From an uncultured Muribaculaceae bacterium (GTDB lineage: Bacteria; Bacillota_I; Bacilli_A; RF39; UBA660), in NCBI GenBank assembly GCA_964611015.1, contig CAZSXH010000001.1:1-28627 (forward strand): a stretch of 28,627 nt of DNA. Reading direction: 5' to 3'. Every line of letters begins with the position of its first letter. Positions within the stretch are counted from its first letter, which is position 1. Below, in pieces: positions 1 through 8,378 of the stretch. The position numbers and the translations under genes were made by a program. Under the pieces are notes generated by a model. It was not told the origin of the DNA and did not search any database. It saw only the letters and a list, made by a program, of their open reading frames with translations.

Positions 1-228
1 GAAACAACAAAATATTTTGATAGTAAAGATAATGAGTATAAGACATATAATAAAAAGACTTTTGCTAAAGCAATAGGAATTTCGTATTATTCATTATACA
101 AGAAACTAAAAAATATTGTTCCATTTAATCAAACTGAAATTATGAAGATGGTTAAAGTTTTAAATATTAACCCTGATGAAATTTCAAAATATTTTTTTAC
201 AGAAAAAGTTAAGAAAACTCAATTTTAG
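1..228 (+). CDS. 5'-truncated Cro-like HTH protein (DUF739-like)
   Basis: Not in the ORF track. Frame 1 is open from base 1 to TAG 226-228 and reads ...KTFAKAIGISYYSLYKKLKNIVPFNQTEIMKMVKVLNINPDEISKYFF..., resembling the DUF739/Cro HTH pattern; it is the first gene of the rightward early operon. Confidence 0.75.
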   Translation, partial: ETTKYFDSKDNEYKTYNKKTFAKAIGISYYSLYKKLKNIVPFNQTEIMKMVKVLNINPDEISKYFFTEKVKKTQF

Positions 229-276
229 TCGCTCAAAACTAAAAAACAAAAAACAAATTATAAGAAAGGATTTTTT

Positions 277-465
277 ATGAAAAAGATAACTATTAAAGAA
301 GCATCAAAATTGATGCATAAATCACCACAATTTATAAGAGTGGGATTACAAACTGGCAGATTGCCATTTGGTACTGCAGTTAAGGTTAAAGAAAGATGGA
401 ACTACCTTATTTACCCTGAATTGTTTTATCAATATTTAGGAATTAAGGAGGTTCAGCATGATTAA
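277..465 (+). CDS. Small HTH DNA-binding protein, excisionase-like
   Basis: 62 aa, ITIKEASKLMHKSPQFIRVGLQTGRLPFG is a MerR/Xis-like winged HTH pattern; RBS aaagga upstream. Confidence 0.6.
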   Translation: MKKITIKEASKLMHKSPQFIRVGLQTGRLPFGTAVKVKERWNYLIYPELFYQYLGIKEVQHD

Positions 466-682
466 TAAAGTTAAAAGATATATTAGTGAACATCCACTAG
501 CAATTTTTATTTGCATTGTTCTTGTGATTCTTATTATTTTATCAAATATTCTTGAAAATGATATGGAAGAACATATTGAAAAAGTATCTAAAGAATGTGC
601 CTCTCAAGGTTATGGTATTAAAGCAACATATACCAAAGAGGGAGATAAATTTTATATTTGTGATAAGGATGGTGATAAATAA
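458..682 (+). CDS. Small single-pass membrane protein
   Basis: Hydrophobic run LAIFICIVLVILIILSNIL followed by a short soluble domain with two Cys; RBS aggagg. Confidence 0.6.
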   Translation: MINKVKRYISEHPLAIFICIVLVILIILSNILENDMEEHIEKVSKECASQGYGIKATYTKEGDKFYICDKDGDK

Positions 683-927
683 TGGCTAAAAAGAAAAGTC
701 AAACATCAGAGATTATTCACCATTTAAGAAAATATAAATCAATTACTTCAATGGAAGCAATCAAAAGATATGGGGCAACTAGATTATCAGGAATTATTTA
801 TGTTTTAAAGGAACGAGGTTTTGAAATAGAAACCGAATTAGTAGAAGTTAAAAATAGGTATGGTCATATAACTAGAATTGCAGTTTACCATCTTATTAAA
901 GATATTCAAGAACAGGAGGGTGAGTAA
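682..927 (+). CDS. Winged-helix HTH protein (HTH_39-like)
   Basis: SQTSEIIHHLRKYKSITSMEAIKRYGATRLSGIIYVLKERGFEI is a typical phage HTH_39 pattern. Confidence 0.7.
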   Translation: MAKKKSQTSEIIHHLRKYKSITSMEAIKRYGATRLSGIIYVLKERGFEIETELVEVKNRYGHITRIAVYHLIKDIQEQEGE

Positions 928-1094
928 TGTTAGGTTTTATAAATTTTATGGAAATTGAACTACCAGTTATTGTGTGGTTGATGTTATTTATATTTTTATT
1001 GATTTTAGTAATTTTAGGGGGATTTATTTTAATTACTTTAATTGTGGCTTGTATTAAATCACTAATTAAACAAATAAAGCAGATTAGGAAGTGA
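927..1094 (+). CDS. 55-aa hydrophobic membrane protein (below ORF-track cutoff)
   Basis: ATG 927 overlaps the upstream TAA, with RBS ggaggg; reads MLGFINFMEIELPVIVWLMLFIFLLILVILGGFILITLIVACIKSLIKQIKQIRK*; TGA 1092-1094 overlaps the next GTG. Confidence 0.7.
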   Translation: MLGFINFMEIELPVIVWLMLFIFLLILVILGGFILITLIVACIKSLIKQIKQIRK

Positions 1095-1978
1095 TTTATA
1101 TGGAAAGCAACAAAAGGTTTTACTGGATAAAACTTAAAACAAACTTTTTTAGCAGAGAAGATATTGATTTTCTATTATCACAAAAAAATGGATGTGAATA
1201 TGTTGTTTTATATCAAATGTTATGCCTTAATACTGCGAATAATGATGGAAGATTAGAAAGTAAAATAGGCGAATTATTAGTCCCTTATAATGCAGATAAA
1301 ATTGTTCGTGATTGTAAATACTTTGATATTGATACAGTCAATGTTGCAATGAATTTATATAGAAAACTTGGATTGATATATGAAGAAGAAAATGAGGGTG
1401 TTCTTAAAATTTCTAATTATGATGATATGGTCGGTAGTGAAACAAAGTTTGCACAACAAAAAAGACTATATCGTGAAAAGAAGAAGTTGTTACAATGTAA
1501 CATTGATGTAACAAAAGGTAACAAAGATAATGTAGAGGACAATGTAGAGGACAATGTCCGACAAGAGTATAGAGATAAGAGTATAGAGTATAGAGATATA
1601 GATAATAGAGATAAAGAAAGTGTTAGTGCTAGTGTTAGCGATGCAGACTTCAATTTATCTGATACTTCCATTGGGGAATTATTTAATCGCCATGAAATAA
1701 CTAATATTCAAATTCAAAACCAAATATTGAATTATCTAAATAATGGCATGGATTTAGAAGTTATCAATAATGCTTTAATGATTCCTTATGATAGGAATGT
1801 TATGAATTTTGATTTTGAAAATGAAGAAGCACCAATTGATAGTCCTTTAGATTATGGTTTACAAATACTTGAAAATTGGTTTAACTTTGGAGTTCGTACT
1901 ATGTACGATGTTAAAAAGTATAACAAATTAAATAAAAATAGAAATGAAATGTTAGGTGGTGGCAATAATGACAATTAA
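1091..1978 (+). CDS. Phage replication initiator (replisome organizer N-terminal domain plus DnaD-like C-terminus)
   Basis: N-terminal FYWIKLKTNFFSREDIDFLLSQKNGCEYVVLYQML (Phage_rep_org_N pattern); C-terminal DYGLQILENWFNFG (DnaD-like YxxxILxNW); internal iteron-like repeats. Confidence 0.85.
   Translation: MIYMESNKRFYWIKLKTNFFSREDIDFLLSQKNGCEYVVLYQMLCLNTANNDGRLESKIGELLVPYNADKIVRDCKYFDIDTVNVAMNLYRKLGLIYEEENEGVLKISNYDDMVGSETKFAQQKRLYREKKKLLQCNIDVTKGNKDNVEDNVEDNVRQEYRDKSIEYRDIDNRDKESVSASVSDADFNLSDTSIGELFNRHEITNIQIQNQILNYLNNGMDLEVINNALMIPYDRNVMNFDFENEEAPIDSPLDYGLQILENWFNFGVRTMYDVKKYNKLNKNRNEMLGGGNNDN
1529..1613 (+). repeat. Iteron-like direct repeats, candidate replication origin
   Basis: AATGTAGAGGAC x2 (1529-1552) plus a partial third copy; TAGAGATA at 1570, 1591 and 1606; located mid-initiator gene as in lambda O-type origins. 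Confidence 0.6.
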
Positions 1979-2378
1979 AGAATTATCTAAATATCATAAT
2001 ATCAAGATTGAGATAAAACAACTGGAAGATACTGTTGAAGAATTGGAAACAACCATAATCGGTTCTTCTAAAGTAACAGGTATGCCAACCACCATAAGTG
2101 GTAATAGTAGTCCAACTGAAAGAATTGGTATTAAGTTAGCCCAGTTAAAAACAAAAATAGATAATAAAAAAGAATCATTAATAGATGAGGCACACAAAAT
2201 AGAAGATTTTCTTACTACTGTTGATGAAGAAGAAATAAGGATTATTATTCGTGAAAGGTTTTTAAATGGTAAAACATGGGATGATATCGCAAAAAAAATG
2301 ATAACTGATAGGTCAACACCTTACTATCGTTTAAAAAATTATTTAAAAAATCATTCAAAAGAGGGTGTGAATAAATGA
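1968..2378 (+). CDS. RinA/ArpU-like (DUF1492-like) late transcription regulator
   Basis: N-terminal coiled coil, GSSKVTGMP linker, C-terminal sigma-70 region 4-like HTH (EEEIRIIIRERFLNGKTWDDIAKKMITDRSTPYYRLKNYL); ATG 1968 preferred over GTG 1956. Confidence 0.7.
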   Translation: MTIKELSKYHNIKIEIKQLEDTVEELETTIIGSSKVTGMPTTISGNSSPTERIGIKLAQLKTKIDNKKESLIDEAHKIEDFLTTVDEEEIRIIIRERFLNGKTWDDIAKKMITDRSTPYYRLKNYLKNHSKEGVNK

Positions 2379-2587
2379 CAATATTTGATTTTATATTTGC
2401 AACTCTTGTATTGATAGTGGTAGCCATTTTAATAATTAGTTGGATTGGTACTAAATATGACATTGTAGGTAGAGATGCAGAAATAGATAAGTTAAAACTT
2501 GAAATAAAAAAAATGGAAGAAAGAGATGCACGAAGAAAAAAAAGAAATAGACAAAAGAAAAAGGCATCTCAAAGAGGTGGGCTATGA
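2375..2587 (+). CDS. Small membrane-anchored coiled-coil protein with basic tail
   Basis: TM segment FIFATLVLIVVAILIISWIG, then coiled coil and RRKKRNRQKKK; ATGA overlap with upstream gene. Confidence 0.6.
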   Translation: MTIFDFIFATLVLIVVAILIISWIGTKYDIVGRDAEIDKLKLEIKKMEERDARRKKRNRQKKKASQRGGL

Positions 2588-2841
2588 ATGGTGAAATATT
2601 AAGCATTGAAACTGCTCAAAAGATAGCAAGACTTGAAAAGGAGAACCAAGAACTATCAAATATTGTTATTAAATTTGATAAGGAAGTAAACAAGTTATTT
2701 AATATTATCAAAGATGCTTATGAATATGTAGATAAAAGATTATTATGTGCAGAAGCAGGTCAAGAAGAAAGACTAAAAAATATTTTAGGCAAAGGACTTA
2801 ATAAGGATGGTGATGTTGATGCCAAAACCATACAACAATAA
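2584..2841 (+). CDS. Hypothetical coiled-coil protein
   Basis: 85-aa ORF, ATGA overlap, RBS gaggtg. Confidence 0.55.
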   Translation: MNGEILSIETAQKIARLEKENQELSNIVIKFDKEVNKLFNIIKDAYEYVDKRLLCAEAGQEERLKNILGKGLNKDGDVDAKTIQQ

Positions 2842-3208
2842 TTTTAATCCATCATTTTGTGATACCACCAATCAATTTAATAAAAAAATGAGAGCATTAA
2901 AAAAGTACTGCCCTCAAGCATATAAGTATCTATTATTTGAACATCAAAATCAAATGAAAGATGGTATTTATGAAGAAGAATTACCAACTTCTAAAGAATT
3001 TAAATTTGTATATGGTCAAATAAAGATTAAATATGAAATAAAAAATGGTGTTCCAAATTATCAAGATATAGAACCTAGTCAGTTTTTTCTTGATGGTTAT
3101 AGATTTGATTTGAATGTATATAAAGGTATTTATTACAGAAACAATAGAGATAAATTTATGATTAATTTATTTATTACACTAAAAAATGAAAGGAATTATG
3201 CAATATGA
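2819..3208 (+). CDS. Hypothetical protein
   Basis: ORF tightly packed in the operon (track start 2807; ATG 2819 plausible); no motif recognised. Confidence 0.5.
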   Translation: MPKPYNNNFNPSFCDTTNQFNKKMRALKKYCPQAYKYLLFEHQNQMKDGIYEEELPTSKEFKFVYGQIKIKYEIKNGVPNYQDIEPSQFFLDGYRFDLNVYKGIYYRNNRDKFMINLFITLKNERNYAI

Positions 3209-3558
3209 ACGAAAAATTAAGAAAAATAATTAACTATTATGGAATAAAAAAGCAACTCAAATATTTTCAAAGTGAAATATTTGAATTAAATGAAGCAGTT
3301 GTAATTTATGAAGAAAGAAAAAGGAATCCAATAGATTTAATCGTTAATTTATGTAGCAAAATAGTAGCACCACTTCAAGGAACAAGTCCAATTGATGAAA
3401 CTGCAAATATTAAAGAAGAAATTGCAGATGTAATGGTGATGCTAAAACAAATACAACTATATTACAATATTTCATCCAAAGAAATTAATGAAATTATGAA
3501 AAATAAGGTAATCAGACAACTAGAAAGAATTGCAAAGGAGGGTAAATCAAATGATTAA
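3205..3558 (+). CDS. MazG-like nucleotide pyrophosphohydrolase-fold protein
   Basis: QLKYFQSEIFEL and NIKEEIADVMVMLKQI match the MazG ExxE...EExxD metal-binding pattern. Confidence 0.7.
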   Translation: MNEKLRKIINYYGIKKQLKYFQSEIFELNEAVVIYEERKRNPIDLIVNLCSKIVAPLQGTSPIDETANIKEEIADVMVMLKQIQLYYNISSKEINEIMKNKVIRQLERIAKEGKSND

Positions 3559-3766
3559 TGATGCAATTAAAAGACAAAAGAAAATAGATAAGTTATTAAA
3601 GGTAACAAACATTAGCGATAAGGAATTATCAAAGTTAGATTATAAAGGAAAACAACAATATTTCAAAGCAAAAAGTAAATTATGCACTGTTGCATTTACT
3701 TCAAGAGATAAAAATGGTAAAGGAATCACTTATATAAAACCAAAAGAGGTGAAGAACAATGGATAA
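3551..3766 (+). CDS. Hypothetical basic protein
   Basis: ATG 3551 after RBS aaggagg. Confidence 0.55.
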   Translation: MINDAIKRQKKIDKLLKVTNISDKELSKLDYKGKQQYFKAKSKLCTVAFTSRDKNGKGITYIKPKEVKNNG

Positions 3767-4007
3767 TGAAAAATTAACCAAAGAAGAATTAAAAAATTTC
3801 TTTCTCAATATGAAAAAAGAGGGGTTGGATGTTGCAATTAAATTAAAAATGCCCAATCAAACAGAACCTGAAATTATTATGAATTATAATTCTAGCATTG
3901 ATACTAAATTAGAATACTACCTAAACACTTATGATGACAATTTAGTTCATAAAAACAATCCTGATATTCAAATTATAGATGTAATTGGTACAAAGATACC
4001 ATTTTAG
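3759..4007 (+). CDS. Hypothetical protein
   Basis: 82 aa, RBS gaggtg. Confidence 0.55.
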   Translation: MDNEKLTKEELKNFFLNMKKEGLDVAIKLKMPNQTEPEIIMNYNSSIDTKLEYYLNTYDDNLVHKNNPDIQIIDVIGTKIPF

Positions 4008-4015
4008 GAGACATT

Positions 4016-4198
4016 ATGAATAAATTAGAAAAAATATTAAGTGTTTTAGGAATTATAACAATAATTTTAATAGCAATAGGTGCTATATGGTTCATATTTG
4101 AAGTTAAGGAAATGTTAAATGATTATAGATGTTCACAATTACCCATTAATGAATTTTTTCAAGATGAAAAGTGTGAAAGATACTGGAGGTATAAGTAA
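4016..4198 (+). CDS. Small single-pass membrane protein
   Basis: TM segment ILSVLGIITIILIAIGAIWFIF plus a short domain with two Cys; RBS aggag. Confidence 0.6.
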   Translation: MNKLEKILSVLGIITIILIAIGAIWFIFEVKEMLNDYRCSQLPINEFFQDEKCERYWRYK

Positions 4199-4467
4199 TG
4201 TTTGAAAAAATTATTAATAACTACTTAACAAATGCACTTATAAAATGTTTTAGAACAATTGCATTGTTAAGAAATATAGAGTTACTTGTTATACCAAGAA
4301 AAAATGAAGTAACAATATATGTAAAAGATAGAAAATATACAGAAAAAAATTATAAAAAAGTAATGGTATTTGATAAAAGTGCCTCTATATATTATTTGTG
4401 TAATTTGATTGAAACAAAAAAAGAATTTGAAGAAGTTCTAAAAACATATCAAGAAAGGGAGTGTTAA
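4198..4467 (+). CDS. Hypothetical protein
   Basis: 89 aa, TAATG coupling, RBS ggagg. Confidence 0.55.
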   Translation: MFEKIINNYLTNALIKCFRTIALLRNIELLVIPRKNEVTIYVKDRKYTEKNYKKVMVFDKSASIYYLCNLIETKKEFEEVLKTYQEREC

Positions 4468-4469
4468 TC

Positions 4470-4685
4470 ATGGATAATAAAGAAAAAGAATACTATAATG
4501 TTCCAATTTACATCGAAAAAGCAATAAAGAAGTTATTTAAGTTAAGAAAAAATCAACAAGAATTATACTTACAGGTTAAAGATTATATGGAAACTCATGA
4601 TATTCCAACAGATACACCATTAGATTTGCTTAAATATTTTCCACAAGAAGAAGTTGACCCAAACCAAATGAAATTAGATATTTAG
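4470..4685 (+). CDS. Hypothetical protein
   Basis: ATG 4470 after RBS aaggga. Confidence 0.55.
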   Translation: MDNKEKEYYNVPIYIEKAIKKLFKLRKNQQELYLQVKDYMETHDIPTDTPLDLLKYFPQEEVDPNQMKLDI

Positions 4686-4693
4686 GTGAGATA

Positions 4694-5572
4694 ATGTTTG
4701 ATGTTGAGTTATATTTAATTGATTTAAAAAGCAAGTTTGATAAGATAAAACCCAATACATACTATTTATCTTATTCAGGAGGTAAAGATAGCCATTTCTT
4801 GTATTGGTTTATAAAAGATTATCTTAAAAGAGATGATATTAAAATTGTAGGTATCAATACATATATGGAACATCATGAAATCTTAAAAAGAATAATAAAA
4901 AATAGCGATATTGTTTTAATTCCTAAAATGAAACCGTTTGAAATAAAAGAAAAATATGGTTCTCCATGTTTTTCTAAAATTCAAGATGACTTTATAGATA
5001 GATACCAAAAAGGGAGTCGTTCAAAAAGTTTAATGGAGAGAATCGAGAGTAGAAAGTTTATCGGTAATGATGGTAAAATTCATAGTTCCAGTTTTTCTCT
5101 TAATAAAAAAGCAAGGGAATTGTTATTATCAGGCAAATTACATAGAGTTAGTCCAAAATGTTGTTATTATTTAAAAAAGAAAACCATCCATGATTTTGAA
5201 AAAGAAAGTGGATTAAAACCTATTCTAGGTATTCGTAGTGATGAGGGTGCATTAAGAAAAGCACAATATAAAAGTTGCTTCACCAAAGATGGTAAATTTA
5301 CTCCTATACATGATTTATCTGATGAATTATTAGATGAAATCTATATTAAATATAATATTGAATTACCAAAAGTCTATAAATATATCAAAAGAACAGGATG
5401 TATGGGATGCCCTTATGGTAGTTATAAAGGAGATACTGAAAAAGAGTTATCTTTAATATCAGAAAGTCAACGAAAATTTGTTATAAATTATTTTAGAGAA
5501 AGTTATGAAGTGTTAGGTATAAGTTTAAGTTATCAAGAAAGTTTATTTAAGGAGGACGATAACAATGATTAA
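4694..5572 (+). CDS. Phosphoadenosine phosphosulfate (PAPS/APS) reductase family protein
   Basis: PP-loop YLSYSGGKDS; SPKCCYYLKK; LGIR; RTGCMGCPY (CC...CxxC Fe-S ligand set). Confidence 0.85.
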   Translation: MFDVELYLIDLKSKFDKIKPNTYYLSYSGGKDSHFLYWFIKDYLKRDDIKIVGINTYMEHHEILKRIIKNSDIVLIPKMKPFEIKEKYGSPCFSKIQDDFIDRYQKGSRSKSLMERIESRKFIGNDGKIHSSSFSLNKKARELLLSGKLHRVSPKCCYYLKKKTIHDFEKESGLKPILGIRSDEGALRKAQYKSCFTKDGKFTPIHDLSDELLDEIYIKYNIELPKVYKYIKRTGCMGCPYGSYKGDTEKELSLISESQRKFVINYFRESYEVLGISLSYQESLFKEDDNND

Positions 5573-5780
5573 TGATAAAGAATATATAAATTGGTTAAAA
5601 GCCACAAAAGAATTAATAAATAAGTATAATTTAAAAAAATTATCAATTGAAGTTAAAGAGAAGCATCCTTTCAATAAAGCAGAAAATAAAATTATAAAAA
5701 AGGATATGGTACATATCAAAATTAAAGATGTTCATGAAATTATTGTTGATAATTCTACCTATGATATTTTGGAGGGATAA
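5565..5780 (+). CDS. Hypothetical protein
   Basis: 71 aa, RBS aaggagg. Confidence 0.55.
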   Translation: MINDKEYINWLKATKELINKYNLKKLSIEVKEKHPFNKAENKIIKKDMVHIKIKDVHEIIVDNSTYDILEG

Positions 5781-6131
5781 ATGAAGTATAAAAAAGTGAG
5801 TGAATTAGAAGTTTTATATGCTTTCGGTAATATAGAAATAATTGGAAGTTATTGGATACCTAAACAACTTATAGCACAACATTTGAATACATCGATTTAT
5901 CAAGTGAATAAACATTGCAAAAATTTAATAAAGCAAGGTTTATTGAAAAAATGGTTGGCAGAACCATTTCATGATATAGAATATGAAACAGGTATAGATT
6001 ATGGAAACTCATTAAAAGTATGGATAACAGAAATAACAGAAGCAGGTATAGAAAAATTGAAAAATTTAAATCTATATCATGAAAGATGGTATGAAAGTTT
6101 ATTTAAGGAGGATGCAAATAATGAAATGTAA
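5781..6131 (+). CDS. Hypothetical winged-helix-like protein
   Basis: IPKQLIAQHLNTSIYQVNKHCKNLIKQGLL and ITEAGIEKL resemble a wHTH. Confidence 0.5.
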   Translation: MKYKKVSELEVLYAFGNIEIIGSYWIPKQLIAQHLNTSIYQVNKHCKNLIKQGLLKKWLAEPFHDIEYETGIDYGNSLKVWITEITEAGIEKLKNLNLYHERWYESLFKEDANNEM

Positions 6132-6450
6132 TTGTAACGAAATATTTAAATTAAAAGTTATGTTAGATGATAAGCAAATACCTTATGAATTTTATAATCA
6201 TTGTTTTAAAAATGATTATGATGGCAAGTTTGTTGAAAGTTGGCAAATTGCAGTTCCTAGTATTGTTAATACAGTAATATCAATTGTTGAGGGTGTTGGA
6301 ACTTTTGGTTACAAAGAAGATAAACTTGAAATACAAGGTTTATTAACTGATTATGAAAAAGAATTTGATTGTGTAGTTGGTAATTTATCTGCAGATGAAG
6401 TATTTAAAAGAATTGATGATTATAATATCAAAATAAATGGTAAATGGTGA
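6121..6450 (+). CDS. Hypothetical protein
   Basis: ATG 6121 after RBS aaggagg (track start 6079). Confidence 0.55.
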   Translation: MKCNCNEIFKLKVMLDDKQIPYEFYNHCFKNDYDGKFVESWQIAVPSIVNTVISIVEGVGTFGYKEDKLEIQGLLTDYEKEFDCVVGNLSADEVFKRIDDYNIKINGKW

Positions 6451-6455
6451 TTTTA

Positions 6456-7085
6456 ATGGCTAGAAGATACAGAATTAACTTTGGTCGAAAGACTGTTAAA
6501 CCATTTAAAGAAAATGATATTAATAATATGCTTGTTATATGTAAAAAAAGAAGAAATAAAGCAGAAGAAGAAAGCAATAAAGAACAACAATATCTGTGGG
6601 ATAGAAACTATATGATTTTAGTTATTGGTATGAATCTAGCATTTAGAATTGAAGATATAATTCAATTAAAAGTAGATTATTTTAAAAATGGTGGTATTTA
6701 TATTAGAGAATTTAAAACTAATAAGGAGCAATCATTTGAATTGCATCCATCACTATACAAGGATATCATGAATTATATTAATAGAAATAACTTAATTGAT
6801 GGTGAATATTTATTTAAGAGTAGAAAAGGCATGAATAAACCTTTAACTAGACAAAGGGCATGGCAAATTATTAAAGAATTAGCAGAAGAAGTAAAAGTTT
6901 CTTATCCTGTTGGTTGTCATTCATTAAGAAAATATTTTGCTAGAAGATATTATGAAGAAACTGGAGATATTATTGGTTTAAAAGAGATGTTAAATCATTC
7001 AAGCGAAAGAGTTACATTAATATATATTTGTTGGGATGATAATGATAAAAACGATAAAAGAAAGAGTTTTTATTTGGGTAGTTAA
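6456..7085 (+). CDS. Short tyrosine recombinase (XerC/integrase catalytic family)
   Basis: Catalytic set present: AFRIED (R), FKTNK (K), HSLR (H-x-x-R), LNHS (H), TLIY (Y); about 210 aa with no N-terminal arm-binding domain. Confidence 0.85.
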   Translation: MARRYRINFGRKTVKPFKENDINNMLVICKKRRNKAEEESNKEQQYLWDRNYMILVIGMNLAFRIEDIIQLKVDYFKNGGIYIREFKTNKEQSFELHPSLYKDIMNYINRNNLIDGEYLFKSRKGMNKPLTRQRAWQIIKELAEEVKVSYPVGCHSLRKYFARRYYEETGDIIGLKEMLNHSSERVTLIYICWDDNDKNDKRKSFYLGS

Positions 7086-7087
7086 AT

Positions 7088-7429
7088 ATGAATTATGTAA
7101 GTGATAATAGTTTAGGTGGGCAATTAAAACCAATACATAATAATATTGAATTAACTAAAGCCATGAAAGGCAGAAGAAATTGTTATTTATATACATTTGG
7201 TATTTTTCCAATAAATGAAGAAAATTTATATACATTAAAGATAAGTAATATAAAACTTGTTGGATTAGCATTCGCACAAGCACAATTCAAACCAAGAAAA
7301 AAGAAAAAACAAATTAAAAAGCCATTAAATATTGTATTAGATGAAATTCATGAATTGCCATTGAATGTAACAATTGGTATTGATATTTCAGAACAGAAAG
7401 ACAGATATATAAGTGGTGGTATGCACTAG
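7088..7429 (+). CDS. Hypothetical protein
   Basis: 113-aa ORF 2 bp after the recombinase; no clear RBS. Confidence 0.4.
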   Translation: MNYVSDNSLGGQLKPIHNNIELTKAMKGRRNCYLYTFGIFPINEENLYTLKISNIKLVGLAFAQAQFKPRKKKKQIKKPLNIVLDEIHELPLNVTIGIDISEQKDRYISGGMH

Positions 7430-7623
7430 CATATCACTTAACTTAAAATCTATTAATTTTACAAAATGAAGAATTGTAAATTGAATAGAAAAATAATGGT
7501 TTCCTGATTATAGGAAATTGATTATAAAATCTAGGGAAAATTAAAATTTTAGCATTAAAAAGTGAATTTAACAGAATTAAGTCATTTAGTAAAATTCGTA
7601 TAGGTAAGAAAGAGGTGGTAGAG

Positions 7624-7908
7624 ATGGATTTTAATAAAGGACATTTATTAAGTTTTTATGAAGAAATAGAAAATAAAAGAAGTGTACAAGATGAACATAT
7701 TAAACAAGTTCAAAAAATAGATAATGAAATAAGAATTAAACTTTTAGAATATCGTATCAATAGTGTTAGTAGAGTTTTAAGTTTTTTACATAGTGAAAGT
7801 TTTAATGGCGATAAATTATTAAAAGACTATGGAAACATTATTACTCATTGTTGTAACAAATTAAGTGGAAACCTTGATGGTATTGAATTAGATTTGGGGG
7901 AAGAGTAA
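7624..7908 (+). CDS. Hypothetical protein
   Basis: ATG 7624 after RBS gaggtg. Confidence 0.55.
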   Translation: MDFNKGHLLSFYEEIENKRSVQDEHIKQVQKIDNEIRIKLLEYRINSVSRVLSFLHSESFNGDKLLKDYGNIITHCCNKLSGNLDGIELDLGEE

Positions 7909-7909
7909 A

Positions 7910-8125
7910 GTGAAAAATTATGAAGATTTTAGAATATTTTATAAAGACCAAGAAATAACTGATATTTTAAGTATAGTTGAAGAATGCAGTTATGCTTATG
8001 GTAATGAAGAACAAGTAGATGCTTTAGTTATTAAACATATTGATAAAAATGGTAAGTTAGTAATTAACAAATATAACATAAATGATTTGAAATTTAAAAG
8101 CAAAGGAAGTGAATTAAATGAATGA
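7910..8125 (+). CDS. Hypothetical protein
   Basis: 71 aa, GTG start, tightly packed. Confidence 0.5.
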   Translation: MKNYEDFRIFYKDQEITDILSIVEECSYAYGNEEQVDALVIKHIDKNGKLVINKYNINDLKFKSKGSELNE

Positions 8126-8378
8126 TATTACTATTAAAACTTCTGAATATAGACCATGCTATGTTAATGGTAAAAAAGCATTATTTCATAAATGGGTAGA
8201 ATATGCAAAACCATTAGCACCATCAATGAGTATTATAGGTGATAAAGGTGGGCAACTATGGTATACTGTCGGATTAGTTGAATTTGTAGATGGAACAATA
8301 GAAGAAGTACAGCCATGTAATATAAGATTTGCTGATAATTTAATTAGTCAATATGCTTTTAAGGAGGAAATATTATAA
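8118..8378 (+). CDS. Phage hypothetical protein (small beta-rich)
   Basis: RPCYVNGKKALFHKW...GLVEFVDGTIEEVQP...IRFAD resembles a recurrent phage hypothetical family. Confidence 0.55.
   Translation: MNDITIKTSEYRPCYVNGKKALFHKWVEYAKPLAPSMSIIGDKGGQLWYTVGLVEFVDGTIEEVQPCNIRFADNLISQYAFKEEIL

Noticed and set aside
6456-7085. Tyrosine recombinase as the prophage integrase
   Set aside because: Lacks the arm-binding N-terminus, too short, and embedded in the lytic early operon
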